64,000 nt of DNA from an uncultured Alphaproteobacteria bacterium (GCA_963844635.1 CAWJPD010000003.1:1247680-1311679); one strand, 5' to 3'; shown: positions 34,398 to 43,899, counted from the first letter of the stretch. Numbers and translations: made by a program. Notes: generated by a model from the sequence alone, not told the origin.

Positions 34398-34483
34398 GCC
34401 TACGCCCGGCACCGAGGAACGGCGCCGGTCTACGTCATTCACGAATCGGGCCGAGCGCAAAAGTGCAGAAAGGGAGAAGCATC

Positions 34484-36289
34484 ATGATTGCTCGACGTGT
34501 TGTCGGCGTCGTCGGATTGCTACTGGGCGCGACCGCGCTCACGCCCACCCTTGCTGCCGACATGACCATCGAGCGCGCGCTCAATCCGCAGCGCGAGCCG
34601 CAGAACTGGATCCTGCACCACGGCAATTACCAGGGCCACCGCTTCTCGCTGCTGAAGGAGATCAACACCGAGACTATCGGCAAGAACCTCAAGCCGGCGT
34701 TCACGGTCGCGCTGGGCGGGTTCCAGAGCGGCGGCCGCTGCGCTCAGCGGCAATCTCGAAGCAACGCCGCTGGTCGAGGACGGCATCATGTACGTGCCGG
34801 ACGGCTGGGGCTCGGTCTATGCGATCGATCTCACGGCCGGCAAGAAAGGCATTATCAAATGGAAGATGGATCCCGCGCATCGACCGCGCCTGGGCCGGGC
34901 GACGTCGCCTGCTGCGGCGTCAACAATCGCGGCGTCGCGCTGTGGAAGGACAAGGTGATCTCGATCGCGCTCGACGGCCGCATGTTCGCGATCAACAAGG
35001 CGACCGGCGAAGTGGTGTGGGAGCGCAAGGTCGCCGATCCGGCGCTCGGCGAAACATTGACCATGGCGCCGCTGGTCGTTCGCGATCTCGCCATCGTCGG
35101 CGCCGCCGGCGGCGAGTTCGGCATCCGCGGCTATATCGAGGCGACCGACCTCAACACCGGCAAGGCGGCCTGGCGCACCTACACCATTCCGGGCGCGGGC
35201 GAGCCGGGCAACGAGACCTGGAAGGACGGCAAGGAGCGCTGGAAGCATGGCGGCGGCTCGGTGTGGGAGACCGCGACCTATGACCCGAGAGCCGACACGA
35301 TCTACCAGGGCATCGGCAATGCCGGGCCGGACTGGGACACCGAGTACCGGCCCGGCGACAACAAATGGGCGGCGAGCGTGCTCGCGCTCAGCCCGAACAA
35401 CGGCAAGATCAAATGGGGCTTCCAGTACACGCCGAACGACCCCTACGATTTCGATGAGATCTCCGAGCATCCGATCATCAACGCCAAGGTCAACGGCGAG
35501 GACCGCAAGCTTGTCGTGCACGCGGCGCGCAACGGCTTTTTCTATGCGCTCGACCGCACCAACGGCTCGTTCGTCGCCGGCAAGCAGTATGTCGACCAGT
35601 TGAACTGGACGCCGGGCCTCGATCCCAAGACCGGCAAGCCGCTCAACTACGATCCTAATGCGGACGTCCAGATCTACACCGCCGGCATGCCACGGCATGC
35701 GCGCAAACCCGCAGGGCGGCGAAACTGTGCCCGTCGCATTTCGGCGGCAAGAACTGGGAACCGACCGCCTACAATCCGGAACTCGGCCTGCTCTACATTC
35801 CGACGATCGAGGGCTGCAACACGGTCAACACCGTGGAGCAGAAGGATTTCGCCGACCAGGGCGGCCCGTGAAACCGCGCGAGTATCTTGTGCCGGGCGCG
35901 GGCGGCAACTTCGCCGGCGGCGGTTTCAGACTGTCGGAGCGGCTTTACGGCGGCCTCAAGGCGCGTCGATCCGACGACCGGCGAGATCAAGGCCGGCATT
36001 CGGCTGCCCTACTCCAACTACTCGGGCGCGCTTGCCACCGCCGGCAACCTCGTCTTCCTCGGCCAGGTCGACGGCACGTTCGCTGCCTATGATGCCCGCA
36101 CCTTGCAGGAGCTGTGGTCCTTCAATGTCGGCACCGGCATCAACGCGCCGCCGGTCAGCTATCGCGATGAATGGCAAACAGTACATTGCGGTGCTGGCGG
36201 GTTCGAAACAGTCTCCATTCGTCATTCAGAACGCGCCGGAGCTCAAGAACACCTCGACGGCATCGATGCTGTACGTGTTCAGCCTCTAA
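34484..36289 (+). pseudogene. PQQ-dependent dehydrogenase, tandem copy 2; at least 8 single-nt indels
   Basis: ATG 34484 with RBS AAGGGAGAAG. Homology to copy 3 hops between all three frames at about 34747, 34879, 34898, 35688, 35721, 35868 (creating TGA), 35964 and 36164. Confidence 0.85.
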
Positions 36290-36375
36290 AAGCTCGCCTT
36301 GACGCCGAGCACCGCGCCGTTGCACCTCATTTGCGATGCCGGGCCGCGCGCCGGCACAGAAAGGGAGAAAACGAC

Positions 36376-38151
36376 ATGACTGCGAAACGTTTTGCCGGCC
36401 TCTTCGTCGGATCGCTGCTGGCCGCGACCGCGCTGACCCCCGCGCTGGCCGCCGACATGACCAACGACCGCGAGCTCAATCCGCAACGCGAGCCGCAGAA
36501 CTGGATTCTCCACCACGGTAATTACCAGGGTCACCGCTTTTCGCTGCTGAAGGATATCAACTCCGAGACCGTCAAGAACCTGAAGCCGGTGTTCACGGTG
36601 GCATTGGGCGGCTTCCAGAGCGGGGGTCGTTACGCCTTTGGCAATCTCGAAGCCACTCCGCTCGTCGAGGACGGCATCATGTACGTGCCGGACGGCTGGG
36701 GCTCGGTCTATGCGATCGATCTCACGTCCGGCAGGAAAGGCCTGATCAAGTGGAAGATGGATCCGCAGACTGATCGCGCCTGGGCCGGCGATGTCGCTTG
36801 CTGCGGAGTGAATAATCGCGGCGTCGCGCTGTGGAAGGACAAGGTCATTTCGATTTCGCTCGATGGACGCATGTTCGCGATCAACAAGGCGACGGGCGAG
36901 GTCGCCTGGGAACGTCGTATTGCCGACCCTGCTCTGGCCGAGGTACTGACGATGGCGCCTCTGGTGGTCCGCGACATCGCCATTGTCGGCACCGCGGGTG
37001 GCGAATACGGCATTCGCGGCTTCATCGAAGGCACCGATCTCAACACCGGCAAGCAGGCGTGGCGGACCTACACGATTCCCGGCGCTGGCGAACCCGGCAA
37101 CGAGACCTGGAAGGACGGCAAGGAGCATTGGCGGCATGGCGGCGCCTCCGTGTGGGAGACCGCGACCTACGATCCGCAGTCCGACACGATCTATCAGGGG
37201 ATCGGCAACGCCGGGCCGGACTGGGACACCGAGTACCGGCCGGGCGATAACAAGTGGGCGGCAAGTGTCCTTGCCATCAATCCGAACAACGGCGAGATCA
37301 AATGGGGCTACCAGTACACGCCGAACGACCCTTATGATTTCGATGAAATCTCCGAGCACCCGATCATCGACGCCAAGGTCAATGGCGAGGACCGCAAGCT
37401 CGTCGTGCACGCCGCGCGCAACGGCTTCTTCTATGCGCTCGATCGCATCAATGGGTCATTCGTTGCTGGCAAGCAGTATGTCGACCAGTTGAATTGGACC
37501 CCGGGCCTCGATCCCAAGACCGGCAAGCCACTGAATTACGATCCGGCCGGCGGCGTGCAACTTTACAGTGTCGGCTCGCATGGCACTCGCGCCAATCCGC
37601 AGGGCGGCAAGCTCTGCCCGGCGCATTTCGGCGGCAAGAACTGGGAACCCAGCGCCTACAATCCCCAGCTTGGGCTGCTGTTCATCCCGTCAATTGAGGG
37701 CTGCAATTACGTAGAAACGGTCGAGCAGAAGGACTTCGCCGACCAGGGCGGCGCGCTCAAGCCGCGCGACCGCTTCGCGGGCGGCGGAATCAAAACCCCC
37801 GATCGCCTTTATGGCAGCCTCAAAGCGGTCGATCCGACGACGGGTGAAATCAAGGCATCGCTGAAGCTGACGTACCCGAACTACTCCGGCGCGCTCGCGA
37901 CCGCCGGCAATCTCGTCTTCCTCGGCCACCCGGACGGCGCGTTCACGGCCTACGACGCACGAACGCTGCAGGAATTGTGGAGCTTCAGTGTCGGCACCGG
38001 CATCAACGCGCCGGCGATCACCTATTCCGTCAATGGCAAGCAATACATCGCCGTGCTGGCCGGCTCCAAGCAGCCCAACAACGTGATCCCGCTGTCGCCC
38101 GAACTGAAGAATACTTCCACGGCATCCATGCTTTACGTGTTCGCGCTGTGA
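36376..38151 (+). CDS. PQQ-dependent dehydrogenase, methanol/ethanol family (XoxF/PedH-like, D-x-D type), tandem copy 3, intact
   Basis: ATG 36376 with RBS AAGGGAGA. Signal peptide ...ATALTPALAADM. VACCGVNNRG (vicinal Cys), NDPYDFDEISE, and propeller W-motifs. 591 aa. Confidence 0.88.
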   Translation: MTAKRFAGLFVGSLLAATALTPALAADMTNDRELNPQREPQNWILHHGNYQGHRFSLLKDINSETVKNLKPVFTVALGGFQSGGRYAFGNLEATPLVEDGIMYVPDGWGSVYAIDLTSGRKGLIKWKMDPQTDRAWAGDVACCGVNNRGVALWKDKVISISLDGRMFAINKATGEVAWERRIADPALAEVLTMAPLVVRDIAIVGTAGGEYGIRGFIEGTDLNTGKQAWRTYTIPGAGEPGNETWKDGKEHWRHGGASVWETATYDPQSDTIYQGIGNAGPDWDTEYRPGDNKWAASVLAINPNNGEIKWGYQYTPNDPYDFDEISEHPIIDAKVNGEDRKLVVHAARNGFFYALDRINGSFVAGKQYVDQLNWTPGLDPKTGKPLNYDPAGGVQLYSVGSHGTRANPQGGKLCPAHFGGKNWEPSAYNPQLGLLFIPSIEGCNYVETVEQKDFADQGGALKPRDRFAGGGIKTPDRLYGSLKAVDPTTGEIKASLKLTYPNYSGALATAGNLVFLGHPDGAFTAYDARTLQELWSFSVGTGINAPAITYSVNGKQYIAVLAGSKQPNNVIPLSPELKNTSTASMLYVFAL

Positions 38152-38195
38152 GTTGGCGCAACAACTTCATCGCTTGTGGCAGGCGGATTTAATCG

Positions 38196-38224
38196 TCCTC
38201 CCCGGCGCTTTTTTGCGGGGAGGA
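38196..38224 (+). terminator. 9-bp hairpin TCCTCCCCG/CGGGGAGGA 45 nt after PQQ copy 3
   Basis: Read directly from the sequence. The T-run lies in the loop rather than after the stem, so this is tentative. Confidence 0.4.
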
Positions 38225-38324
38225 AACAGCGCGAAGCGCGGTGGGAATTTCGCTCCTTCGCCTCGCGGCGCTCTCGTGGTGCCGTGCATCGGCAGTCCCG
38301 CTCCCGGCTCGCTACGTTCGCCGA

Positions 38325-38346
38325 CCTCCCCCGTATGCGGGGGAGG
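38325..38346 (-). terminator. 9-bp hairpin CCTCCCCCG-TATG-CGGGGGAGG 14 nt downstream of the GlcG-like gene
   Basis: Read directly from the sequence. Shares the CCTCCCC/GGGGAGG arms with the hairpin at 38196. Confidence 0.4.
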
Positions 38347-38359
38347 AAGTTGGAAGCGA

Positions 38360-38968
38360 TTACGGTGCTGGCGAACGCTCATTGGCGGCGCGCTGCGGGA
38401 GGTCGGGCAGCAGCGCCGGCTGCGGGCCAATGACCTTGGTCAGCGCGCGCCATGCGCAGATTTCGTCGCTCCAGGTCGGCGGATTGGGAGCTGACCCGCC
38501 CACACCAATGGCGCCGATGAACTGGTTGCCTTCCTGGGTGGCAATGACGATTGGCAGCCCGCCCGAGTTCGCGAAATTGCCGAATGAATATTGCCGCAAC
38601 TCTGAGGCACGGCCGGACTGCACCTGGTTCATCGTCGCCTTGCTGGGCTGACGCGTGTTGAGGACCGTGCGGGCCTTCATCATCGCGGTCTCGATGTTGA
38701 TCTTGCCCTGACCGTCCATGCGATAGAAATACACCGGCTCGCCGAACTGGTCGTAAATGGCGATGCTGACGCGAACGCCCTGTTTCTGGGCCTCATCGAC
38801 GCAAGCCTTGCTGATGGCTTCGGCGGTTGCGATGTTGATCTGGTTCTGCTCCATCATCCCCTTGGTGGCGTCGCCGCGAATGAGAAACTTGTCACTGTCG
38901 GCGGCACGACCGGTGCCGACAAACGCGGTTGCGGCAACCGCCGCCAGCAAACCAACATAGATTTTCAT
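38360..38968 (-). CDS. GlcG/HbpS-like (DUF336) heme-binding family protein, exported
   Basis: ATG 38968 with RBS GGAGGAAC. MKIYVGLLAAVAATAFVGTGRA...GGLPIV...IGAIGVGGS... Confidence 0.75.
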   Translation of the reverse strand: MKIYVGLLAAVAATAFVGTGRAADSDKFLIRGDATKGMMEQNQINIATAEAISKACVDEAQKQGVRVSIAIYDQFGEPVYFYRMDGQGKINIETAMMKARTVLNTRQPSKATMNQVQSGRASELRQYSFGNFANSGGLPIVIATQEGNQFIGAIGVGGSAPNPPTWSDEICAWRALTKVIGPQPALLPDLPQRAANERSPAP

Positions 38969-39637
38969 GGGTTCCTCCAAAGCATTATTGCTTGGGCACC
39001 CGTATTTGCCCGATCCCGGCCGGAGATACAATATGGTCCTAGGCGTGGCGCGTGCTGACCGTTCGGAGAGCGGCAAGATGCCGAATTTCGCAAGTCCGAA
39101 CGGGTCTATCAGTCGCGGCTCGCAACATCAGAAAAGCTGACGCAATCCTCGGTAGCGGCGCTTTTAACACATTGCTTAACAAAAGCCGATGATGCGCAGA
39201 TGCAGAACCCTTGGCACCTGTTCGATTATGGCGTTCATGCTTTCGCGGCGATGACAAGCCCGGGTGAGGCCGAGGCGACGATTTCCGCGCATCCCTCGCC
39301 GGCGAAAAGCGGCTTCAAGCTGGAACATTTCAATTCTGGGAATTCTCGAATTGCGTCCAACCTTTCGAGCGGACCAAGTTCGCGGGCAAGCCCCTATGCT
39401 TGGTTGATACGGTGCTGCATCCTTTGAGTTAAGGCGCCGCCGAGCACTCGAGGGCCGGCCCGGCCTCGCCACAATCGCACCCAGTTATCGTCGCAAAGCT
39501 TTCGACATATGGACCTTGGTGGAGGATGCCACGGCAGAACCGCAGAGCGCTGGGGGTCGGGCAACATTGGGGAAGCGTTCGCTGGCCGCTACGGCAACCT
39601 CCACCACTCTTTCCGCACGAGAACTGAAAGAGAAGGC

Positions 39638-40906
39638 TCACGCCGCCTTGAGCGCAAGGCTTTCGGCAATGGCGGCGGCGCGGTCAATGCCGGAGGGACC
39701 GAGTGCTGCTACTGCCGGACGCGCCCTTGCGATCAAAGCGCGGCCTGCCGCGCGCGTGCTTTCGACCGTTACCGCATCGACTTTGGCGACGATCTCTTCC
39801 ATCGGCATTGGCCGGCCGTGCACGATGATTTGCCGGGCCACCTGCTCGGCTCGTGCGCTCGAGTTTTCGAGAGCCATCAATAGTCCGGCTTTCATCTGCG
39901 CCTTGGCGCGCGCGATCTCGCTCTCGGTGATGGAATGGGCCGCGGCCATGATCTCATCAACCACGACCTGCATCAGCTCGGGCGCATCGATTGCGTCGGT
40001 GCCGGCATAGAGGCCGAACATTCCGGTGTCGGCGTAAGCGGCGTGGAACGCATAGATCGAGTAACACAGCCCGCGCAGCTCGCGCACTTCCTGGAAGAGC
40101 CGTGACGACATGCCTCCGCCAAGCACGTTCGTGAACACCTGCAAGCTGTAGATCGACGGGTCACGTTGCGCCACGCCATGGAGGGCAAGCGCGATATGGA
40201 CCTGCTCGAGATCGCGCTTCTCGACGAAGGCACCGCCAGCGAAGCGCGCCGGCTCCGGCGCGCCGGCGACCGGGCCGACGAAGCCGGTGAATCGGCTTGC
40301 CGCCTCGTGCACCACCTGATCATGACGGACGGCGCCAGCGGCGGCCACGACCATGCCCGGAGCGCGATAGTTGCGCGAGAGATAAGCGCGCAGACGCTTG
40401 GCATCGAATGACTTTACCGTTGCCCGTGTGCCGAGAATGGAGCGGCCCACCGGCTGGCCGGCAAAGGCGGTCGCTTGGAGGTGCTCGAAGACAAGGTCGT
40501 CCGGGGCATCTTCGACGGCGCCGATCTCCTGAATGATCACGTTCTTTTCACGCGCGATTTCGTCGGGATCGAAGGTCGGATGGGACAGGATGTCGGACAA
40601 CACATCGAGGCCGAGCGCAATGTCCGCTTTGAGGACCCGCGCGTAATAAGCGGTCATCTCGACACCGGTGCCGGCATTGAGATCACCGCCGACCGCCTCG
40701 ATCTCTTCGGCGATTTGGCGCGCGGTGCGCCGCGCCGTCCCTTTGAAAGCCATGTGCTCCAGAAAGTGCGAGATGCCGTGTTCGTCGGAAGCCTCGCAGC
40801 GGCTACCGCAGGTCACCCACACGCCGAGCGCCGCCGTTTCGAGGTGCGGCATGGCGTCCGTGATCACGACGAGACCGGAGGGGAGACGGGTGACTTCGAC
40901 GCTCAT
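39638..40906 (-). CDS. M16-family (pitrilysin-like) zinc peptidase
   Basis: ...GISHFLEHMAFKGT, the inverted HxxEH zinc motif. 422 aa. Confidence 0.88.
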   Translation of the reverse strand: MSVEVTRLPSGLVVITDAMPHLETAALGVWVTCGSRCEASDEHGISHFLEHMAFKGTARRTARQIAEEIEAVGGDLNAGTGVEMTAYYARVLKADIALGLDVLSDILSHPTFDPDEIAREKNVIIQEIGAVEDAPDDLVFEHLQATAFAGQPVGRSILGTRATVKSFDAKRLRAYLSRNYRAPGMVVAAAGAVRHDQVVHEAASRFTGFVGPVAGAPEPARFAGGAFVEKRDLEQVHIALALHGVAQRDPSIYSLQVFTNVLGGGMSSRLFQEVRELRGLCYSIYAFHAAYADTGMFGLYAGTDAIDAPELMQVVVDEIMAAAHSITESEIARAKAQMKAGLLMALENSSARAEQVARQIIVHGRPMPMEEIVAKVDAVTVESTRAAGRALIARARPAVAALGPSGIDRAAAIAESLALKAA

Positions 40907-42319
40907 GCAGGGACTCCTTCGCGCGCGGCGCGACTGTGCGAGAGAATATGGTGTTCGACCGCGCTCTGGTCCGGCGGCAAAACGGCGTAGCTCTCAGGCC
41001 TCGTCATCAGCGGGCCGAGCCAGTCCGGAAGCGCTGGCCGCACGCGGCAGGCCGCTTCGACGGCATCGGGAAACTTGGCCGGATGCGCAGTTGAAAGCAC
41101 GATCATCGGCGTCGCCGGGTCGCGGCTTTCCTTTTCGGCGACCGCCATCGCGACCGCGGTATGCGGGTCGATCAGATATCCCGAATTCGCGCAGCGTCGT
41201 CCGCATCGCCGCGGCCACTTCCTCTTCCTGTGCGCGATCGGCAGTGAACAGAGCACGAATGTTGCCGAGCGGGCGCTCGGCAAGCGCGAAGCGGCGTGAT
41301 TGCGTGAGCCCCGCCATGGCGGCGCGCACTGGCTGTGGGTCCCGTCCATAGGCCTCGAACATCAGCCGCTCGAAATTGGATGATACCTCGATATCCATGG
41401 ACGGCGAGATCGTCGCCTTTACGCTGCGCAATTCGTAGGTGCCGCTCGACATCAGGCGGACCAGAACGTCATTCACGTTGGTTGCAATCGTGAAGCGCTC
41501 CACCGGGAGGCCCATGCGCGCGGCGGCATAACCGGCAAAAATATTGCCGAAATTGCCGGTCGGCACCGTGAACGCCACCGCGCGATGCGGCGCGCCGAGC
41601 GCGACGGCGGCCACGAAGTAATAGACGAGTTGCGCGGCGATGCGGGCAAAGTTGATCGAATTGACGCCGGACATCCGTACCCGGTCACGGAAAGCCTGGT
41701 GATTGAACATCGTCTTCACCAAGGCCTGGCAATCGTCAAAAGTCCCTTCGATCGCGATGGCGTGGACATTGTCGGCGCCGGACGTGGTCATCATCCGGCG
41801 CTGCACGTCGGAAACGCGCCCTTGCGGGAAAAGCACGATGACATCGACCTGCGCGCGCTCGGCGAATGCCGCGACGGCGGCGCCGCCAGTGTCGCCCGAA
41901 GTTGCGACCACCACGGTCGATCGCTCGCCGCGGCGGCGGAGCGCATGATCGATGAGGCGGGCGAGGAACTGCATCGCCACGTCCTTGAAGGCAAGGGTCG
42001 GCCCGTGAAACAGTTCGAGCACGAATGTGCCGGGGCCAAGCTGGACCAACGGTGCCACCGCGGAATGGCGAAACGTATCACAGGCCTCGCGGCTCATGCG
42101 CGCGAGCTCGGCGGCCTCGATCTCATCACCAGCGAACAGGGAGATAAGTTCACACGCGACTTCGGAGTAGGGCCGGCCGGCGAAACGGACAATCTGCGCT
42201 GCATCGAGCCGCGGCCAGTGCCGCGGCATATAGAGGCCGCCATCGCGCGCGAGACCGGTGAGCGTCGCGTCGACGAAGCCAAGCTCCGGAGCTTCTCCCC
42301 GTGTAGAAATGTAACGCAC
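40903..42319 (-). pseudogene. thrC: Threonine synthase, interrupted by a 1-nt insertion at about 41183-41188
   Basis: GTG 42319 with RBS GAAGGAAGG. (M)RYISTRG...HGPTLAFKD... up to ...AAAMRTTLRE. ORF 40903-41349 then continues ...SGYLIDPHTAVAMAVAEKES...MIVLSTAHPAKFPDAV. Confidence 0.85.
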
Positions 42320-42956
42320 GCCTTCCTTCACCTTCACCCGCAGACATCGGTGCGCCACCGTCCTGCCGCGCCCGGGCCTCAAAGGACAGGCGCTGGCGCA
42401 AGCTCTCGATTTCCGGGGAGTGCCGGTGGCGGGCGGTGCAGGGGAAACCTCACCGCCTTTGAGCAAAGTAGTCGCAAGCACGCCCGGGTACAAGGAAGGC
42501 TATCCACAACTTTAGTTGGCGCGACAGGCGGGGCGCCGGCGGGGTGGGCGAAGAGGTGGTAATCGCAATCCTCCGATCCCAGTTCCGCCGGTCGCGTTGG
42601 TGCGGCATGCCCGAGCGCACGGGAGTTGGTTTCGCGCTGTCGGCCATTGCGCGGAAGGCCATTTGTCACCTGTAACGCAGTATTTCGGTGCACGATTGCG
42701 CTCGTCGCACGACGATCAAATCATGTCCGTACGCCGGCTGCATGCATAGGCGACTTTCGCGGATGAGAGCCTCGACGGTCGCACGGCCCGTCCAAAAATT
42801 CGGGGTGCGGCCTCTGAGCGAAGTGCCGGTAGGATTATACGGATTGTGGCAGCAATATAGGTAAATCCTCCGAATCAGATATACCATTAAGAAATCAAAA
42901 AAAACCTCTCGTGCGTCAGGGGCGGACACGGTGGACGCAGGGGTAGGGGCAACAAG

Positions 42957-43478
42957 ATGAATTGGCTCAGGGAACACATGCGAGACCACATGGCTCCGAC
43001 GGATTCTGCACGCAACCTTCTGAACTTCGGACATGAGTTACCAAGGTCCTCTCTGGCGAGCGATGCTTCGGCGGCGCTCGACCTTGTTGCCGAGGCTGCC
43101 GATGTCATCAAAAACATCGAGCGTCGCGCGACGGAATCGGAGGCTTTCGCGAAAAGCCTCGCGGAAAGCGCGATCGAGAAGCTTCGCCTAGCGGATTCGC
43201 GCATCCAGTCGGCTGAAGAAGGTCGCCGCGCCGCCGAGCAGAGCCTCGTCAGGCTGCGCACGCGGCTTCAGGAGACTGAAAAGGACTTGCAGCAGCTCAA
43301 ATCATCGCTCGCCAGCGCCAATGCGCAGCTTGAAAATGCGGAACAACGAATGAAATCCGCGGAAGCACGCGCGACCCATGCTGAAAAAGCAATGAAGGAG
43401 GTCGAGCACGCGATCCGCACGCAGCTTGTTGGGCGGACAAGGGAATTGTCGAAGGGGCCGACGGCGGCAGTCGCCTGA
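42957..43478 (+). CDS. Coiled-coil protein of unknown function
   Basis: 173 aa with heptad-like Ala/Glu/Leu-rich repeats (...LQETEKDLQQLKSSLASANAQLENAEQRMKSAEARATHAEKAMKEVE). Confidence 0.55.
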   Translation: MNWLREHMRDHMAPTDSARNLLNFGHELPRSSLASDASAALDLVAEAADVIKNIERRATESEAFAKSLAESAIEKLRLADSRIQSAEEGRRAAEQSLVRLRTRLQETEKDLQQLKSSLASANAQLENAEQRMKSAEARATHAEKAMKEVEHAIRTQLVGRTRELSKGPTAAVA

Positions 43479-43559
43479 GACTTGACTCTTCCCGAGTGGA
43501 GCGAAGCGAGATGTTATTCACCGAAAAATTCGCCGTTCAGGTTGCAGACAGGTTCGCAA

Positions 43560-43684
43560 TTTTTGCTTGTCACCTGTTGCAATTTTGCAACCACAACTGG
43601 GGGCGAATCGGGCATGTTTGATGCGTCCCTTGTGGACGGATTCCTCCCTCCTTGCCCCGCATACTCGCGGGGCAATTTCTTTTT
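43560..43684 (+). ncRNA. Candidate small RNA or 3'-UTR element ending in an intrinsic terminator, with a CCUCCCUCC motif
   Basis: The TTGCA-N4-TGCAA palindrome (43577-43590) lies upstream. CCTCCCTCC (43643-43651) sits immediately 5' of the terminator stem. Confidence 0.3.
43652..43684 (+). terminator. Rho-independent terminator
   Basis: TTGCCCCGC-ATACTC-GCGGGGCAA followed by TTTCTTTT. Confidence 0.8.
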
Positions 43685-43899
43685 GTGCCGACGACGAGCA
43701 ACGCTGATTGTGGTAAGTCGATGCGCCGTGCCGCCCGCTCGTGACGAGCCGATACGGTGAGAAGGCCGCCGAAATCAGCGCTTCCGTGCCCCCCAATGGG
43801 GCCCTTGATCAATGCCACCTGAAGGCAATATCCTTTGTTCCGTCTGCAAGATGGTCGAAGGAAAACGGATTCCACCACCGCCCTGCAACGGAGGGTTCG

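Noticed and set aside
34394-36289. 631-aa ORF that looks like an intact PQQ dehydrogenase
   Set aside because: Large internal stretches (for example ...GRCAQRQSRSNAAGRGRHH... and ...MPRHARKPAGRRNCARRISAARTG...PPPATSSSSARST...) are Arg/Ala/Ser-rich out-of-frame read-through. True homology jumps between frames, so it is treated as a multiply frameshifted pseudogene.
35887-38151. 754-aa ORF suggesting an N-terminally extended copy 3
   Set aside because: The first ~160 codons are the out-of-frame tail of copy 2 plus the spacer. A good RBS, an ATG at 36376 and a signal peptide define the real start.
39230-39250. TGGCAC motif as a possible sigma-54 -24 element
   Set aside because: No GC dinucleotide lies at the required 10-nt spacing, and there is no obvious downstream gene in the right orientation.
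42420-42470. Cobalamin-riboswitch-like GGTGCAGGGGAAACCTCACCGCC upstream of thrC
   Set aside because: The orientation is wrong for thrC, the B12-box and the remaining conserved helices are missing, and no B12-related gene lies downstream.
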